Of a DNA stretch of 64,000 nt, positions 17,737 to 26,575 are shown piece after piece; the first letter of the stretch is position 1, and each line of letters begins with the position of its first letter. Source of the DNA: Candidatus Shapirobacteria bacterium (GTDB lineage Bacteria > Patescibacteriota > Microgenomatia > UBA12405); the NCBI GenBank assembly GCA_041659325.1, contig JBAZYN010000002.1:513-64512 (forward strand), in the 5' to 3' direction. The notes beneath the pieces are model-generated. The model was not told where the DNA came from. It made no database searches and saw nothing but the letters and a program-made list of their open reading frames with translations. Position numbers and translations under genes: made by a program.

Positions 17737-18534
17737 ATGTTCAAAAAAATAATTTTACTAGGTTGCTTATTAATGTTGGGGGGTTGCGGCATTATACCAA
17801 GGAAATCCGGAGTGGAAATCGTTTCCACCCCGCCGACAAAGGTATATATCGATGAAAAGGAAGCAGGAATGACGCCTTATAAAAATAACTCTCTTGTGCC
17901 CGGGGAAATCGACTTGAGATTGGTAGCACCGGAGGGGGTGGAATGGAAAAAAAAGATCAAGATGTTTAACGGGGTTAACACGGTCGTAAACTGGAAACTA
18001 TCCGATACCGAGAGCGAAAATGGGGGTTATATTTTGTATCTGGAAAAAACGGGCGATAAAAATAAGGCCGGGTTATTGGTTAATGCATCGCCGGATCAAT
18101 CGGTTGTTTATATCGACGGGGAAATAAAAGGATTTACCCCCATGAGGCTTGATAGTATCGGCGAGGGTGACAGAGAAATATCTGTTTCCTTCCCGGGTAG
18201 GAAAAGTACAAATATTATTGTAAAGGCTCTAAATGGTTTTCTATTGGTGCTAGACACTACTCTTCCGGAGGAAGAACCGTTAGCAACGCCGACGCAAGAA
18301 CCGGTAGCCCAACCGTCTTTAATAAGCTCCGGGCAAAAGATAATGATAAAGGAAACAGAGACAGGCTGGTTGAGAGTAAGAGATCTGCCCGGCAATACGG
18401 CAACAGAAATTGACAGAGTTAAACCACTTTCGATTTATACCATGCTTTCGGAAAATAACGGATGGTTCCAAATCGATTTGGGGAATGGAGAATCGGGCTG
18501 GGTTTCGACTAAGTACGCCGAGAAAGTTGAATAA
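17737..18534 (+). CDS. lipoprotein with two PEGA domains and a C-terminal SH3b domain
   Basis: Lipobox LLMLGGCG; PEGA-like VYIDEKEAGMTPY / VYIDGEIKGFTP; C-terminal GWLRVRDLPG...GWVSTKY SH3_3-like. Confidence 0.55.
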   Translation: MFKKIILLGCLLMLGGCGIIPRKSGVEIVSTPPTKVYIDEKEAGMTPYKNNSLVPGEIDLRLVAPEGVEWKKKIKMFNGVNTVVNWKLSDTESENGGYILYLEKTGDKNKAGLLVNASPDQSVVYIDGEIKGFTPMRLDSIGEGDREISVSFPGRKSTNIIVKALNGFLLVLDTTLPEEEPLATPTQEPVAQPSLISSGQKIMIKETETGWLRVRDLPGNTATEIDRVKPLSIYTMLSENNGWFQIDLGNGESGWVSTKYAEKVE

Positions 18535-19564
18535 GTGATCCAAAAAAAAGTAGGGCGACCCCGACAAAGACGTACATCTTTTGTTGGCTGTTTAGAAACA
18601 AAGAAATAATTCCCAACAAAAGGCTGATGGCCCAGTAAAAAACCGATATTTTTCGTCGGCTCCAGCCAAGACGCAGCAACCGATGATGAAAGTGGCTACC
18701 ATCGGAAACAAAAATCGGACGGTGGTCGATTATCCTTTTGGTCAAAACATAGAGACCATCTAGCATCGGGATACCCAAAAGAAAAATAAGCGTTGCCAAC
18801 TTTGCTCCCGAGAGGATTGAAAGAACTGCCAACAAGAGCCCGGCAAGACTTTTTCCACTGTATCCGGGCATGATACTTTGGGGATAAAAATTATAGGGGA
18901 GAAAACCAAGATAGGCACCGGCGACAGCCCCGGCTAAAATAATTACCGGCCATTGAGTGACGTCAGTGGCATATCTTAGACCAAGAATTCCAATAAAAAT
19001 AGCGGAAATACCCGCAAAGCCAGGTAGCTGACCTTCGACCCCCGCCGCCCACCCCACTGAATTCATACACCAAACAATCCAAAAAACGGCCAGTAAATCG
19101 GAAATAACCCAAATTGAGTGAGGGCCAAGAAGATCAAAATTAATTTTTAGGGTGGATAAGTCGATAATCCCGCCAAGAGGATTGGAGATATAGGCGATAC
19201 CTATGCCGGAAGATACAACCAACAGCGCCGCGACAATATTAGTCAGGAGTCTGGTTTTGGGGTTGACGTCTTTGATATCGTCAAATACTCCGACAATAAG
19301 GGTAAGAATTGAGGACAAAAGGATAAAGACCAAATGTTTGTCCGGGGGCAGGAAAAGCAGAGCCGAGAAGGTAATTCCAAAAAAAATCGGTATCCCCCCG
19401 CCCCGAGGAACAGAGGCGGTGGCAGTGGCGTTGTGGGTTTTGAGCTGTTTTTTCTCAGGATTTTCTACCCAACCTTTGGCAATAAAAAAATTCCTGGTAA
19501 TCGGAGTGAGAACCCAGGATACAAAAAAGGAGGAAAAGATGGCCGTAACGAATTTCAGGATCAT
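18509..19564 (-). CDS. polyprenyl-phosphate N-acetylhexosamine-1-phosphate transferase (WecA/MraY family, GT4)
   Basis: Ten-TM protein with the VGVFDDIKDV aspartate-rich motif and VPRGGGIPIF (WecA-type rather than MraY TPTMGG). Confidence 0.7.
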   Translation of the reverse strand: MILKFVTAIFSSFFVSWVLTPITRNFFIAKGWVENPEKKQLKTHNATATASVPRGGGIPIFFGITFSALLFLPPDKHLVFILLSSILTLIVGVFDDIKDVNPKTRLLTNIVAALLVVSSGIGIAYISNPLGGIIDLSTLKINFDLLGPHSIWVISDLLAVFWIVWCMNSVGWAAGVEGQLPGFAGISAIFIGILGLRYATDVTQWPVIILAGAVAGAYLGFLPYNFYPQSIMPGYSGKSLAGLLLAVLSILSGAKLATLIFLLGIPMLDGLYVLTKRIIDHRPIFVSDGSHFHHRLLRLGWSRRKISVFYWAISLLLGIISLFLNSQQKMYVFVGVALLFFGSLIQLSRRT

Positions 19565-19944
19565 CAGGAGACCAGATAAACTATATGGATTAGGGTAATC
19601 AAAGACAATATGGAATAAATAAGGGAGAAGACAACGAGAAGTCTGGAAATCACTTGAATGGAGTGTAAGGTGAAGGCCGACAGAACATTATTGATCAGAG
19701 AAAAAAATATTGAAAACGAGGGCAGAAGAAAAAGTGACGAGGCCGAAGCTAGCCTTTGGCTTCCCCAGGGCAGTGAGTAGTATAACGGGACCTGTTTGGG
19801 GAGACTGTCGAATTTAAAAAAAATAAAGGCTAGCTGAATTAGAATGGTCAGGGCATTCCATCTGAAGATTGTACCGTTTATTTTTTCCTGCCAAAACTTC
19901 CCTAAAACTGACAATTTGACAAAAATAGTTTTTGCAAAGGCCAT
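19564..19944 (-). CDS. small hypothetical membrane protein
   Basis: 126-aa hydrophobic ORF between the WecA-like and GT-C genes, same strand. Confidence 0.3.
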   Translation of the reverse strand: MAFAKTIFVKLSVLGKFWQEKINGTIFRWNALTILIQLAFIFFKFDSLPKQVPLYYSLPWGSQRLASASSLFLLPSFSIFFSLINNVLSAFTLHSIQVISRLLVVFSLIYSILSLITLIHIVYLVS

Positions 19945-19949
19945 AAGAG

Positions 19950-21413
19950 TTATCTTGACCGATAGATCAGGGCGTCGCCTATTTTGACTGCAAGATAGTA
20001 ATATTTTTTAATAAACAAGTCCAGTTGAGGGAAATCCCTTCCCGGCATATTATAGTAGATTATTACTTTTGGAAGATCGATTTTGAATTTTTCGATGGTC
20101 TCATCGTAACCATTGAAATCGACAATGTGATAGGCAGTTGTAAACCTGGCCTGCGGCGGACGGTTTGACAGAGCATAAATCGAAGCGCGATCCCCCCAGA
20201 TAAATATTTTATCATCAGGAACGGTATTATTTTTTAAAAATTCTGATATTTGATAATTTTCCGGTACATGCCAGCCAAAATAATTGTTGAATTCGTCTTT
20301 GGACTTGAACCCCAAAACATATGAATAAAAGTTGGCGTAATAGGAGACGGTGCGATAAAAATAAAATTTGTATTTGACTATTGCACCGGCAAAAACCGCA
20401 AAATACAAAACGATTATCAATTTGGTGAAAGTTTTGTATTTGCCAAAAAGATGGACGACCAAAATGGAAAGAGGGGGAATAATTTCAATAAGGTAGTGAG
20501 GATAGGGACGACCGGAAAGGAGAGAGCCAAAGAGGGAAAAGGCAAACCAGGAGGTAATCATAAAAGTTTTGGCATCAATTTTTTTCGATACTTTTGAAAT
20601 ATAGCCGACCGCCAGAAGAACAAACAATACCAATAGACGAAGAGCCAATCCGCCACTAAGAGCTGATCCGGAGTGAGTGCCGATGCTCCACGAGGATAGA
20701 TATCCAAAATTTTGAAGAAGGGAAGCGTAGATAAAATAGTTGAAACCCCCGTTAGCGAGGAAATATAGAGAGCACAAAACAAGAGGAACAAAAAAACCCC
20801 CTAAAAGAAGAGCGACCCTTTTGGCAAAGGGAATAATTTCTCTTTTAAAGGCTTTTTGATCGAGCAGGCAAGATGTTTCCCAAAAAATGATGGTGCCAAC
20901 TTCAAGAGCGGCCGGGGCTTTGATCATAAATGACAATCCCAGGAGCAAGCCGGAGACCAAATAGTGGAGAGGTTTGGCGGCGGTGATGTATATGGTAAAG
21001 GCAGCCAGGGTAGGGAGAAGCATGAAAATTTCGGCATTGGCAATATTGCCCTCGAGCAAGGGGATACAAGAAAGAATAATGAAAACGAAAGTGGCGATTT
21101 TTTGCAGTCCTCCTGATACAAATTTTTTGGCTAGTTTGTGGAAAAAATAAACAGTCGGGATCATTACGAAAAACAAAAGTAGGCGAAAGCCAAAAACGGT
21201 TTTGGAAAAAGCGGCCATAAGATAAAGAAGCGGAGGTTTATTGTCGTGAATTTGACTGTAAAGCTTGACCCCCCGGTTGAGTGCCTGACCAATAGTTAGG
21301 TAGATGCCTTCGTCATCATACCAATATGGCTCAAAAAGTGAAGGCAGGCGAAGAAAGATAAATAAAACAGCGATAACCAACAAGAAGTTTGATTTGAGGA
21401 ACTTCTTTAACAT
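19950..21413 (-). CDS. GT-C fold membrane glycosyltransferase (ArnT/PMT, GT39/83-like)
   Basis: Polytopic membrane protein with an N-terminal-loop EPYWYDDEGIY DE motif and a C-terminal soluble domain. Confidence 0.6.
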   Translation of the reverse strand: MLKKFLKSNFLLVIAVLFIFLRLPSLFEPYWYDDEGIYLTIGQALNRGVKLYSQIHDNKPPLLYLMAAFSKTVFGFRLLLFFVMIPTVYFFHKLAKKFVSGGLQKIATFVFIILSCIPLLEGNIANAEIFMLLPTLAAFTIYITAAKPLHYLVSGLLLGLSFMIKAPAALEVGTIIFWETSCLLDQKAFKREIIPFAKRVALLLGGFFVPLVLCSLYFLANGGFNYFIYASLLQNFGYLSSWSIGTHSGSALSGGLALRLLVLFVLLAVGYISKVSKKIDAKTFMITSWFAFSLFGSLLSGRPYPHYLIEIIPPLSILVVHLFGKYKTFTKLIIVLYFAVFAGAIVKYKFYFYRTVSYYANFYSYVLGFKSKDEFNNYFGWHVPENYQISEFLKNNTVPDDKIFIWGDRASIYALSNRPPQARFTTAYHIVDFNGYDETIEKFKIDLPKVIIYYNMPGRDFPQLDLFIKKYYYLAVKIGDALIYRSR

Positions 21414-21422
21414 TAATCTATT

Positions 21423-22967
21423 TTAACTAATTTTTTTAATTGGTGTTTTGTTGGTGGTTTTGTAATCCAGGCGCTTACCCAAGAGAAGACGGGTGTGAGA
21501 GTGAAGCCCGGGTAAAACAGACATGGTGAGGGTGGCGATGGGCATAAACGGCCATTGGAGCAGATTCTTGAGAATGTTTACGAAACCCTTTTTTTGATTG
21601 TCCGGCCGAAGAATCCAATCAAGGATGATGATAACAATGAGAGGAATTAGGCAGATGGTGAGGATAATATTGGAAATACGGGGAAGGTTAAAACCAATGG
21701 CTGTCTGGAAAAACCTGGGATTTAGGATAACCGGCAGAGAGGTACCAAGGGTAAGGATAAACCAATTGCTAGACCAGATAAGATGGGTTTGAATAAGCTT
21801 GAAGATGCGAAGACATCGGGTGATGAGGGGAATCTCTTTGTGAATTTTTGCCTGTTCTATGGCATAGGGGATGTCAATTGCCCCCCAGGCATGACGTACA
21901 CTTTGGTTATAACGATTCTTAAGAGCGGAAAGGTAGTTTTTGCCGCTAGGGGCATCGACGACGGTCGGTAGGAAAATTGGTTCGACCTGGGCTAAACCCC
22001 GGGTACTAAAAAAGGATTGGAGAAAAATATGCCAATCTTCTGGGATCATATCAAGATCCCAATATCCAACCGAATCAATGAGTTTGTATGATGAGGAATA
22101 GCAGGAATAGTTGAAAAAAAGGCCGTCCGGTTCCTGAATATTGGCGATGTGAATAACGTTGCCCAAAACTCCGATTATGCGGATGGGGGCAGGAACATCA
22201 TTGATATTGTGATGCCAAAAAATCGGTGATTGCCAAAAACGGAGATATCGATTCGGAGAAGAGGCAAAGCGGTAGGTGAGAGCGGAAAAATATTTTGGAT
22301 TAAAAATGGTATCAACATCGCAACTGGTTAGGGTGAGGTGGCTGATATCAAATATGCCTTTGTCGATATACTCTTTTTTTACAAATTTAGCAGCCCAGGC
22401 CTCGTTGCTATGCTTACCGATGGTTTCTCCAGGTTTACACTTGGCCGGATGTTCAGAAAAAATCAAATGACCAAATACACCTTTGTATTTGGCAGAGAAA
22501 TAATCGATTGTTTTTTGGTTGTTCTCTTTGCCGGCCCTCTCTTCCTGAGCAATAACAACATTGATTTTTTTTAAATTAATATCAATTTGGGCGGCAAGAG
22601 AGCCAACCGCCATTTCGATAACATCAAGAGGTTCTTTATAGGAAGAAATTATTATGATGTGATTAATTTTGTCGTAACTGGGCCAGTTTTTATCGTAGTT
22701 TTTTTTAAATAGTTCAAGCCAGTCGATTTTTTTTGATGCGCGAATTTTATAATAACCAATTACGGCCAGAATTGACGATTTAAAAGATTGATACAGCCAA
22801 TAGACCAAAAAGGCGATGACGAAGTAAGTTACAAGTTTCGGTACCAGAATAGCACCCCAAACCGGAAATAAAATAAAAGTCCAGGCAAAAAAGCCAGGGA
22901 TCATTTCCCAGAGACGGTATTTTTTGGTGGTTTTGTTGATTTGTGTAGATTCGGATTTGGCCATAAT
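21423..22967 (-). CDS. family 2 glycosyltransferase, membrane-embedded (processive synthase-like)
   Basis: N-terminal TMs, GT-A domain (SSYKEP, CDVDT D-x-D, RFWQSP ~ QxxRW) and C-terminal TMs. The track ORF runs to 23108 but overlaps a divergent gene, so the start is likely at MAKSES (~22967). Confidence 0.65.
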   Translation of the reverse strand: MMAKSESTQINKTTKKYRLWEMIPGFFAWTFILFPVWGAILVPKLVTYFVIAFLVYWLYQSFKSSILAVIGYYKIRASKKIDWLELFKKNYDKNWPSYDKINHIIIISSYKEPLDVIEMAVGSLAAQIDINLKKINVVIAQEERAGKENNQKTIDYFSAKYKGVFGHLIFSEHPAKCKPGETIGKHSNEAWAAKFVKKEYIDKGIFDISHLTLTSCDVDTIFNPKYFSALTYRFASSPNRYLRFWQSPIFWHHNINDVPAPIRIIGVLGNVIHIANIQEPDGLFFNYSCYSSSYKLIDSVGYWDLDMIPEDWHIFLQSFFSTRGLAQVEPIFLPTVVDAPSGKNYLSALKNRYNQSVRHAWGAIDIPYAIEQAKIHKEIPLITRCLRIFKLIQTHLIWSSNWFILTLGTSLPVILNPRFFQTAIGFNLPRISNIILTICLIPLIVIIILDWILRPDNQKKGFVNILKNLLQWPFMPIATLTMSVLPGLHSHTRLLLGKRLDYKTTNKTPIKKIS

Positions 22968-23033
22968 CTTTGGAAGAATCCAAGAATGATAAATTATACC
23001 AAATAGAGGGTCGGTTTGGGATAAAATAGAGAA

Positions 23034-23804
23034 ATGGAAATTAGTGAGGCGATACAAAAGACAATTGATTACGCCGGGAAATTTGGGATGAAGCTGAGTC
23101 GGGAGCAACTATGGTCAAGATTGATGGGGGAAAGAGTATTTTCCGAAAAAGAATTTGAGAAAGAAATTGGAGGGGGTAGCCTTAGTACAAAAAAGAAGAT
23201 CGAAGGGGAAGCAAGAAAAAAAAAGTTGGTGGCGAAGCGTTTGGGAAAAATGGTGGCGGAAAATGACAACAATATCCTTATGGTGGCAGTTACCGGATCG
23301 GTAGCGGCTGAAAACTGTAAGAAGGGTGACGACATTGATATCCTGATTGTGACTAGGGAAAACAGATTGTGGTGGAGCAGATTAAAACTACTATTTTTTT
23401 TGATCAACAAAAAATACAAATTCCGAAGATATGGAAAAAGAGAAATAAGAAATGAGCTTTGTTTTAATATGTGGCTCGAAGAAAAATCATTAAAACTACC
23501 AAGTGAAAAACGGGATGAGAGGAGCGCGGTTGACCTGATATTGTTGAAAGTAGTGGTAGATAAAGACAATATTTACCATAAATTGTTAAGGGAAAACGAT
23601 TGGGCCAAAAATTGGGTAGCAACGGGATATAGCTTAAAGTCTAAAAGTCAAAAGTCTAAAAGTCGAAAGATTGGAAAGAATAAGAAAAATATAGCCGGAG
23701 ATTTGATTAATTTATTGGCCTTCGTGGGGCAATATTTGCATATGTGGCCAAAAAAAACGAAGGAAAATGTCGGTCTAAAGGCAGCATTTTTCCATCTTTC
23801 TTAG
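23034..23804 (+). CDS. nucleotidyltransferase-domain protein (Pol beta superfamily)
   Basis: VAVTGSVAAENCKKGDDIDILIV is the GS...DxD NTase motif. Confidence 0.5.
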   Translation: MEISEAIQKTIDYAGKFGMKLSREQLWSRLMGERVFSEKEFEKEIGGGSLSTKKKIEGEARKKKLVAKRLGKMVAENDNNILMVAVTGSVAAENCKKGDDIDILIVTRENRLWWSRLKLLFFLINKKYKFRRYGKREIRNELCFNMWLEEKSLKLPSEKRDERSAVDLILLKVVVDKDNIYHKLLRENDWAKNWVATGYSLKSKSQKSKSRKIGKNKKNIAGDLINLLAFVGQYLHMWPKKTKENVGLKAAFFHLS

Positions 23805-23826
23805 CAGGGAGTGGTAGAATGGAGTA

Positions 23827-24447
23827 ATGAAACTGAGCCGAATGGCGTATATGGTGGTTTCCCTGCTACTGGGGGTGGTAATCTTGGTGGTATCGATGGC
23901 AAGGGCCGGATTGGAAATTATGGCGGTTGAGGGAAATGAAGAAACCCTACGTAATGATCCGATTAAGTTTGTGATTGTCAACGATGAGTTTGAAAAGGAG
24001 GAATACTTTTATAAGTTACCCGAGGCCGGAATGCTACCGACAAACCCATTTTATGGATTCAAAAAAGTCAGAGATTTTCTTTGGGTAAAATTTAGTTCAG
24101 GAAGTATTAAAAAAGCAAAAGTGCAATTACTGGTGGCCGACAAAAGAATGGCCGAGGCCAAGATACTTTTGGAAGACAATAGAAGCAAAGTCGGTTTGGA
24201 GGCTTCACAAGAAGCCTTTGACGCTTTAAAATTAGCCGAAATATCAATTTCCGGGGTTCAAGAAGAAACTGATGATTCAAGGCAGATGCAATCGCGGATT
24301 TTTAAAGCCGGATTTGCTTATATGCAAATACTGAAAACTTCAGAAAATTCTTTTGAGCTAGATACTAGTAAATATAACCAATTAATTAAAGAGCTGGATG
24401 AGTGGAACCAAAAACAAAAAAGCCAAGAGAAAGAAGACGAAGGGTAA
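23827..24447 (+). CDS. DUF5667-like membrane-anchored helical protein
   Basis: N-terminal TM, LPTNPFYGFKKVRDFLW motif, helical remainder. This family is common in CPR genomes. Confidence 0.5.
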   Translation: MKLSRMAYMVVSLLLGVVILVVSMARAGLEIMAVEGNEETLRNDPIKFVIVNDEFEKEEYFYKLPEAGMLPTNPFYGFKKVRDFLWVKFSSGSIKKAKVQLLVADKRMAEAKILLEDNRSKVGLEASQEAFDALKLAEISISGVQEETDDSRQMQSRIFKAGFAYMQILKTSENSFELDTSKYNQLIKELDEWNQKQKSQEKEDEG

Positions 24448-26575
24448 AAAACTGCGGTTGGCTTTGTTTTTGGGAATATTTTTACTTTTGACAGGGATAG
24501 TAGTTTTGGCTGTGGCGGTGTCTCAGGATTTGCCCAATCCCAAAAAGTTGATGACGTATGAATATCCGGAATCATCTCAAATTTTTGATAATAAGGGAAA
24601 ACTTTTATATGAAATGTATTCTGAAAAAAGAAGGCTGCCGGTAGAACTTGGGGAAGTCCCGGAGAGCCTGAAAAAGGCGACTCTGGCAATCGAGGATTCA
24701 GGTTTTTACAGTCATTTCGGATTTGATCTAAGGGGTATTGTCCGCGGACTATATCGGACAATTGTAGAAAGAAGACTTCAGGGCGGCTCAACTCTAACGC
24801 AGCAGCTAGTCAAAAACGCTCTATTGACTCCGGAAAGGACGGTGTCCCGAAAGATAAAAGAGGCAGTACTGACAGTTGTCACGGAGATTTATTATTCAAA
24901 AGATCAGATTTTAGAAATGTACTTTAACCAAACCCCTTATGGAGGAACATTGTGGGGAGTCCAAGCAGCTTCAAAAGGGATTTTTAATAAAAACGTGGGT
25001 GAATTAACTTTAGCAGAATCGGCACTGATTGCGGGGCTTCCAGGATCACCTTCCAAATACTCCCCTTTTAAAAATCCGGTAGCGGCCATTAACAGACGAA
25101 ATATGGTGTTGGCGAGAATGAGAGAGTTGGAATATATAACAGCGGAGCAGGAGGAACAGTCCAAAAATGAGGAACCCAATTTTTATATTAATAAGGGGAA
25201 TCTGGTGGCGCCTCATTTTGTCTTTTATGTCAGACAGCAATTAATAGATAAATACGGAATTAAAAAGGTGAATGAAGGCGGCCTGAAAATAAAAACAACC
25301 CTTGACTCTGACCTACAAAATTTTGCTGAAACGGCAATAGCGTCTGAAATGGCAAAACTAGTTAGATATAAGGTTTCGAACGGAGCAGCCCTGATTACCG
25401 AACCAAAGAGCGGAAAAATTCTGGCCATGGTAGGGTCAAAGGACTATTTCTCGATAGACATAGATGGCGAATATAATGTGACGACGGCTTTGCGACAACC
25501 CGGGTCGTCGATAAAACCACTTAATTATGCGGTGGCAATAGAAAATGGAAAAATTACGGCGGCATCGGTAATCAATGACGGGCCGACTTGTTTTAATGTG
25601 ACGGGATTGAAATCATACTGTCCGACGAATTACGGGAATAGGTACTTTGGGCTGCAAACGGTACGGAATTCGTTGGCGAGCTCTTTGAATATCGCGGCGG
25701 TAAAAGTATTAAAGCTGAACGGATTGGAAGCATTTGTTGCTTCGGCCTCGGCGATGGGAATATCAACCTTTAACAACGCTTCTGACTTTGGATTGTCACT
25801 AACTTTAGGAGGAGGAGAGGTAAAAATGACCGATATGAACGTGGCATTTGGAGTGTTGGCAAATATGGGGTCGAAACAACCATTAAATCCGATATTGGAA
25901 GTCAGAGACAGAAACGACGAGGTTATCGATGAGTATAAATATGTTCCGGGAGATAGGGTGTTGTCACGAGAGACATCTTTTATTATCCAACAAATTTTGT
26001 CTGATGACGGAGCCAGGGCAATGGTTTTCGGGAGAGGATCAATGTTAAACATTAAAGGTCATTCGGAGGTGGCGGTAAAGACAGGGACAACAAACGATCT
26101 AAGAGATAACTGGACAATCGGATATACTCCCGATGTAGTAGTAACGACATGGGTGGGAAATAATGATAATTCAAAAATGAGCGGAGTGGTTTCCGGAACG
26201 ACCGGGGCGGCACCGATATGGAATAAAATTATGACCTATTATCTACAAGACAGGCCGATAAAAAAGCCGGTGATGCCATCAAATGTAGTGGGTATGTATG
26301 TTTGTAATGTTACGGGGGGTCTGGTACCGGACGAGGGCTGTGACAGTCACTACGAATACTTTAAAAACGAATATAAACCAACCAGCAAGATACCTCTCCG
26401 GGCTAATGTATTGATCGACAAAGATACCGGGAGAGTGGTCAGTGATGGTGATAATAAACCTAATACGGAATGGCAGGATCACGCGGTGATAAAAGATATA
26501 AGCGGAGTAACGGTGTGTCTGGACTGCCCGCTAACCAATCCTGAGGCAGAAAAAGTGGTTACGACAATAAATTAA
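24398..26575 (+). CDS. class A penicillin-binding protein (PBP1A; transglycosylase + transpeptidase)
   Basis: GT51 motifs IEDSGFYSHFG and GGSTLTQQLVKN; TP domain with KILAMVGS and SIKP (SxxK). Confidence 0.9.
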   Translation: MSGTKNKKAKRKKTKGKKLRLALFLGIFLLLTGIVVLAVAVSQDLPNPKKLMTYEYPESSQIFDNKGKLLYEMYSEKRRLPVELGEVPESLKKATLAIEDSGFYSHFGFDLRGIVRGLYRTIVERRLQGGSTLTQQLVKNALLTPERTVSRKIKEAVLTVVTEIYYSKDQILEMYFNQTPYGGTLWGVQAASKGIFNKNVGELTLAESALIAGLPGSPSKYSPFKNPVAAINRRNMVLARMRELEYITAEQEEQSKNEEPNFYINKGNLVAPHFVFYVRQQLIDKYGIKKVNEGGLKIKTTLDSDLQNFAETAIASEMAKLVRYKVSNGAALITEPKSGKILAMVGSKDYFSIDIDGEYNVTTALRQPGSSIKPLNYAVAIENGKITAASVINDGPTCFNVTGLKSYCPTNYGNRYFGLQTVRNSLASSLNIAAVKVLKLNGLEAFVASASAMGISTFNNASDFGLSLTLGGGEVKMTDMNVAFGVLANMGSKQPLNPILEVRDRNDEVIDEYKYVPGDRVLSRETSFIIQQILSDDGARAMVFGRGSMLNIKGHSEVAVKTGTTNDLRDNWTIGYTPDVVVTTWVGNNDNSKMSGVVSGTTGAAPIWNKIMTYYLQDRPIKKPVMPSNVVGMYVCNVTGGLVPDEGCDSHYEYFKNEYKPTSKIPLRANVLIDKDTGRVVSDGDNKPNTEWQDHAVIKDISGVTVCLDCPLTNPEAEKVVTTIN

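Noticed and set aside
22968-23108. N-terminal 47 codons of the GT2 ORF as called by the ORF track
   Set aside because: They would overlap the divergent NTase gene start (23034) by 75 nt. The internal Met at ~22967 (MAKSES...) precedes the first TM helix and is a more plausible start.
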